NCBI GenBank assembly: GCA_046563655.1
Contig: CM102284.1
Span: 3,968,001-4,032,000, forward strand
DNA: 64,000 nucleotides
Source: Yuukianura sp. NJ FZ-2021
Lineage: Eukaryota
Reading direction: 5' to 3'
The notes beneath the pieces were generated by a model. That model searched no databases and was not told the DNA's origin. It worked only from the letters and a program-made list of their open reading frames with translations. Shown piece by piece: positions 58,572-64,000 of the stretch. A program made the position numbers and the translations under genes. Position 1 is the stretch's first letter, and every line of letters begins with the position of its first letter.

Positions 58572-59344
58572 AAGCTTTTCTTTCAAAAAATTTTTCGGTG
58601 CTAAAAAAAAACCTAAAAAGAAACAACGGTTGAATTGAGGGAAAAAGTTACCGTGTCACCACTTTTCCCTCCACTCGCCAATTTAACAAATCAAACAGTT
58701 TAGATTAACTAAATTTTACATCCAAAACTTAATATTATTTATTAATACTTATTTATAAAACTTACTTATTAATATCTACTTTATTACACCTGTGTAATAA
58801 AGCAAAGGTGTGAACCTGAACATTTTGGAAACTTCGCCTTACTGCAACTTTTTCTCACGTGTCACTTCCACACTCCGTATTTACTTATTAATCCTAATCC
58901 TAAAAAATCCTATTATCCCTTCCAAATTCCTAAAATGCTTCATCAAAACTAAAAATTCATACTGAAATGAAAGTGAAACTTATCCTACAATACAATACCT
59001 TATGAATTTTTGAACCTGCTACGGCAGGTGAAAGTGTAAAAGTTTAAACGTAAGCTGCATTAAAAACTTTCTGTTAAAAAAAGGTATAAAAAACATTGAA
59101 GAACAGCGTGCAATTACAAGTTTTAAGGATTTGGGATTGTGTAGTCATGGAAAATTTTAACTTTTGCTGTATACATAATTTAGAAACTAACTTTCCAACA
59201 ACATTGGAAAGCGCTACTATGCATTGTGGCAAACATTTTTGCAAATCATTTCATTTTAGCGTCAACTTTTTTCACGTCAAAGGAGATGCGCCTACTATTC
59301 TGTAATTAGGACCCCCGAAACTAAATGATATTGACCGAGACCAA

Positions 59345-62169
59345 ATGAATCGCTGCAGAAAATGTGGCTGTTCCTGTATAGAGTGTTGTAGTAATGATGG
59401 ATACAGGAAACCTGGACACGGGAATAGAGTGACCAAGGAAAAGCGACTGAAACCAAGGGGACAGCGGAGTAGTCAGCGATTTTTAGATCACCTACGCTCT
59501 ACATCTCCAGTCTGTCCAAAGTATGATGCTGAAGATAGTGAACAAGTAAAACAATTGCGCGAAAAAACAGTATGCATAGTAGCAAAGTTTCCATTTTTTT
59601 TTAATTTTGCTGGGTTTTCTTGGGAATTTCAGGAGTTTGCCGATGACTTTACCGAATCGGTCAGAATTTTTCCAAATTCCTCCGGACATCATGAGCGTTC
59701 GCATCATCGTGCCAAGCAACCTAAGCAAAAATGTCGTTACTACACAACTTCATTTTTAGAAGCGGAGCGTCGTTGTCGCGAACTTCCAGCAGAAATTGTA
59801 AACCCTCGCGTCCTTACGACTGATTCGGAGTACGACTTGTACTATGGCGGCGGAGAGGAAATCGTGGACTATCCGACTTATGACGACCGTCGTTTTCGCG
59901 AAAGGCGAACAGTCGCGCATCCTCTTCCTCCAGATTTTGAAATTAGGTCTCCGGATTTTAGAATTAGGTCTCCGGAAGCACTTCGTTATAACACAGCATC
60001 TTCTGAGCACTGGAAATTTCAAAGTGGAAGGACCCGCCAACGAACAAGCGAAAGACACACGCAGTATGAGCGGAACAAGATGGGTTTTGCTGCTAACGAA
60101 GTTCGAGTAGTGACGAAACTGGACAAACCGAAAATGGTGGACAAGCAGTCTCAAATGGTACGAAAATGCTAGTTATCTCAGGTTACCCCAAGTAATTTGG
60201 TGACTTTTGTACTAGAACGGCTGGTCAAGTGATGGATCTTCTGTGCGACATGTCACAGGCACGACTACGGCCAAACGCATCCAGACACACCGTTATCAAA
60301 CAATCAAAAATAGTACCTCGGAAGTACCGAAATTCCCATCGCCTGAATCGGATCGAGATAATCCTATCTTAAGCTCAACAAGTTCAATCAGCTTTCTTCG
60401 TCGGACGAAACCTGTTCAAAAGTTGAGACGCGAGTGGCAAGCAAAAGTTGACAACCATTTTACTAAAGTCGAAACTCATTACACAAAAGTTGTAGTAGAA
60501 CGACGTCCAACGAACAACCCCGAAAAGCGACGGTCAGATAATTCCGAAAATTCAGAGGATTTACAACCCCTTCCGTTGTCAACTGAACTTGAACCGGCAG
60601 GAAGTCCAGCTATCCAGCCAGAATCGCCGAGGGCTTACCAAGTTCCTGAAAAAGACAAAAACCAGGGATCAAATAAAGCCAAAGGTCAACAACGCGACTC
60701 GTACATTGAATCCGAAAGCCTAAAGCGATTGCTCAAAAGTGATAGTCTAATTGAATCTGCGACTGAAGTTCACGACGGAGACCTGAGAACACAAGAACCT
60801 ACGAAACCAAAACCTTCAGAAACTAATATCAAACCTTATTTTGAGAAATGGAAGCAATTCAGGCGGCGGAAACCGATTAAGACAGAACCTGTGCCTGACG
60901 TAGGCGCAGCAACAGACGGTCTATCGTTTTTAGAGTTTCGAGAAGCCCATGTGACAATGAATTTGAAGTCAACGAAGGAAAAACGACATTTCAGCGATTC
61001 AAAGCCTAAAGACGTTAAGTCTTTATCTGAACCAGAAGCTGAACCTCCAAGGTCACGCTGGTGGAATTTTACCAGTTGGGGAAAAACTTCCGCTGCAGCG
61101 CCAGATGACGTCACTGAACAGACCACTAACGTTACAGAGCACTTCGAATCAAAATCCGCCACAAGCAGTCATACCCATGTAACACAAATTTCTTATGCTA
61201 TGGCAATTGGAGGTCACGGAAATCATGTCAAAGGTCACAGAGAACCAGAGTTGGATGAAATTGTGAAAATGGAAGGAAGAGCTACAAGTCTCAAAGTGAA
61301 AAGATCCAAGTTAGCAGTCAACATTCCCTTTGAAAAGCTGAAATCGTCGTCACAAGTGAATTTGTCCATTGGAAAATCAAAGTTGACGTTGGTCAGTGGG
61401 CAGGCGCAGAAGAGTCATTCTTCAGAGTACATTGACCTTCGATGCCCTGCATGTCACGAAATGATAGACTATAAAAACCCTGGTGACTTGATGGAAAGCC
61501 ACGGACACTACTGGCATGAACAATGTTTTAATTGTTCCGTGTGTCATGGACGGCTCAATTCAAATAATCATTTCTTCGAAGATGGAAATTTGTACTGCGT
61601 TCAACATTACGCGGAGAAAGTCAACGCCCCAAAGTGTGCAGGTAAGGTTACAGCTTTGTACAAAGCAAAATGCAAATGTCAAAGGTCACTTTACGCTTTA
61701 CTTGATTTCAGGATGTGGTCATTACATTTTCGATTCTTTGTATACGCGAGCCAGAGGAAAAACTTGGCACAAAAATCACTTTCGATGCTCATCTTGTAAT
61801 CGACCAATCATTGACACCAAGTTTGTTTCCCGCAAAAATGGAGACGTTGTTTGTTTCGATTGTCATCAGCAGTACTTTTCACATGTCAGTAACAGCATTA
61901 CCTAACACAACAAAACTTTAATTTTAAACATAACATTTTCTGCGACACCTCTTTCCTAGACGTGTGCTGCCTGTGATAAACGGATACTGCCAACGGAGCA
62001 GTTTGTGTTCCTAAAAACTACTGGAAAGTACTGGCATGCTAACGATGACTGTCTCCAGTGTCATTCATGCGGCCAGAGTCTCCTTAGTCAGTCCAAAAAT
62101 CGACTAATCTTTGTTAAAAATGGCTTCATATTTTGTAACAAATACTGTGCTCAAAGGAGTCCAATTTGA
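59345..62169 (+). CDS. LIM-domain protein: three C-terminal LIM domains (testin/prickle/FHL-like) after a long disordered N-terminus
   Basis: CPACHEMI..HYWHEQCFNCSVCHGRL..LYCVQHY; CAGCGHYI..KTWHKNHFRCSSCNRPI..VCFDCH; CAACDKRI..YWHANDDCLQCHSCGQSL..IFCNKYC. Stop TGA at 62167-62169. The 5' exon structure is uncertain. Confidence 0.85.
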
Positions 62170-63076
62170 CAAAATAAACTTTAACAGAATTGTACACATT
62201 ATGCAACAACAATTTTCAATTAACTGCACTTTTAATTAAGATTAAATCAATTGAGAACTTCCATTTTCATGTCCAAATCGTAGTGTTAAGAGCTTAAGAC
62301 GCTAAGGTCATTGGACTTAGAGATTTTTTGCCCGAATCTGACTGTGGTTATCTTCCTCGCATTGAGAAAATTTTGTTCGGCCGGAATTTAATAATCCGAA
62401 AGCGGTAGAATAAGGATTGACGACAACATTGTAGCCGCTCCGCCATTTTTAACGGCTACAATATGCGGCTACACCTGAGTGGAAACATAAGTAGCCAGTT
62501 TAGCTAAACCTTACTTAAAGTACCAACATAAGTTGCCGCACAACAACGTAGCCATTCATTGTAGCCACTAAAGATGATCGGAGTGGCTGGGTGGGTGAAA
62601 AATCAGGGTTGTTATGCCTTACGTTAAGCCTGAAAGCATATGATTTTGGTTTTAAGAAATGTCAATTTTTTAATTGGTCAACGCTGGACGGGTCAATCCA
62701 ATCTGTTTGACCTCTGGATATAAAGGATTCAGCATTCAGCAAACGAAAGTGACAGCGACTAAACTGTGATTGATTCCGTGATTGTCGCTGTTAGCGAAAG
62801 TACAAGGGGTAGGCGAGCTATTCAAGTATTGAATTTACATATTTTGAATTACTTTTTTAACGTTTCCACGTTTCTGTCTCACGTGAGAAGTATTGCACCT
62901 AATCGAAGTTTAATTATTGGTTAATTAGAGCCCATGAAAACTTTCATTTAGTGGTTTCCAGACCACAACGATTCTTATTCTACGTTGTTCTGAATTTTTC
63001 AATTTATACCTAGAAAGAAATGTCTGATTCTTAGATTGTTTTGGTTTTATTTTACAGAGAGAGCGAAGAGACCATC

Positions 63077-64000
63077 ATGGCTGGCAAAGATGTGATAATC
63101 GACGAACTTGTGCGAGACTCTTTTCTATATGAAAAAGTTGGGCCGTGTATCGGACTGCTAATCGGATCGGTAAGATTCGCAATACGAACATTAAAGCGTG
63201 TGAATATTCAAAAGTATTAGCGAAGGATTAATTTTTTTCCTGAAATTGGTTTGGTTTCCAGTACAGTGAGAAAGGACAGTTTTGTGTTGCCCATGCAGCC
63301 AACACGCTTGAAGAAGGAGAAGATGAGGACCCCGAATTCCAGCCTCAAGCAACATCATTCACCAAAGTACAACTTCCTTCTATTTCGCATCATGCCAAAC
63401 AGGTGAGTTTTTATCGGTTGATTCGCCAGTGATTTTGCTTAATTTATTTTCCAACTCGGAATAACGGAGTGGGGTCACTCATCTTTTCAAGGTAATGCGG
63501 ATGCTGCCAGGAGGTTTGTTGGTTCTCGGACTATTTGTAATAGAGGATGTCGAAACCATCTTTACTGTCAAGTACCAGGACAGGATAAGGTCTCTGCTGA
63601 CGATGCTGAATAAGAGTTTGTCTCGAAATCCACACTATGGTGCAGAATTTGGGAAAAACAGTGAAAAAGTTTTTATTCATTACCGCCCTGGTTCTAACAT
63701 GTAACTTGTTACACAATCACCTCAAGTTTCTTAATATTTGTATAGTTTAGTCATTACAGCACTGTGAATAATTTTTCAGCTTCAACGTGATGGTGGTCGA
63801 CGGAAATCAATTTCGACCTCGCCAACAGGAATCAATTTTTGGTCGTCTGGAATGGCTGAAGCTGGAGTCTGAGTATGATACGTTTTACGCTATGCATTTG
63901 GAAAAGGCTGATGTTGGATTTCCGTTGAAGAAGAACGTCAAGGTATTTCTCAAAATCTAGCTTGTCAATATTTCTACCTCAAAATCTATCTGACCGTCTT
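63077..64000 (+). CDS. ODR4: Protein odr-4 homolog (3' end outside window)
   Basis: MAGKDVIIDE..CIGLLIGS|..FCVAHAANT..ISHHAKQ|VMRMLPGGLLVLGLFVI, matching ODR4 GLLIGQ and HAxQVSRMLPGGLLVLGVF. Confidence 0.88.

Noticed and set aside
59930-59978. 21-bp tandem duplication in the LIM gene (PDFEIRS PDFRIRS)
   Set aside because: Real but trivial in-frame slippage in a disordered region.

Overview
Gene-dense eukaryotic (arthropod) genomic DNA, AT-rich, with many short (mostly about 60-150 nt) GT-AG introns. The compact layout, insect-type gustatory receptor and divergent F-box gene suggest a basal hexapod such as a springtail; this is inference only. About 24 protein-coding genes can be assembled by eye: CCDC6 (5'-truncated), a gustatory receptor, a TTLL3/8 tubulin glycylase, an HP1 paralog, CFAP69, two Reeler-domain genes, a small DnaJ, dynamin, RpL5, DGCR2/IDD-like, importin-7, calaxin/EFCAB1, an orphan gene with an internal duplication, TRMT6, Siva-like, TTC7, a small secreted peptide, MRPS15, GBF1, an F-box-like gene, a degenerate eEF1B-beta, a 3-LIM protein and ODR4 (3'-truncated). 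There is also an intronic divergent tRNA-Gly(GCC), a Tourist/PIF-like MITE and a short palindromic tandem repeat. The most notable observations are: TRMT6 and Siva start codons only 15 nt apart head-to-head; an eEF1B-beta copy whose GEF domain has been replaced; a cassette exon plus a candidate 15-nt microexon in the dynamin tail; a candidate Sm-site structured RNA upstream of RpL5; and a short-hinge HP1 between flagellar genes. No prokaryote-type system (CRISPR, operon, IS) is present. All gene names come from recognising sequence by eye, and no database search was run.
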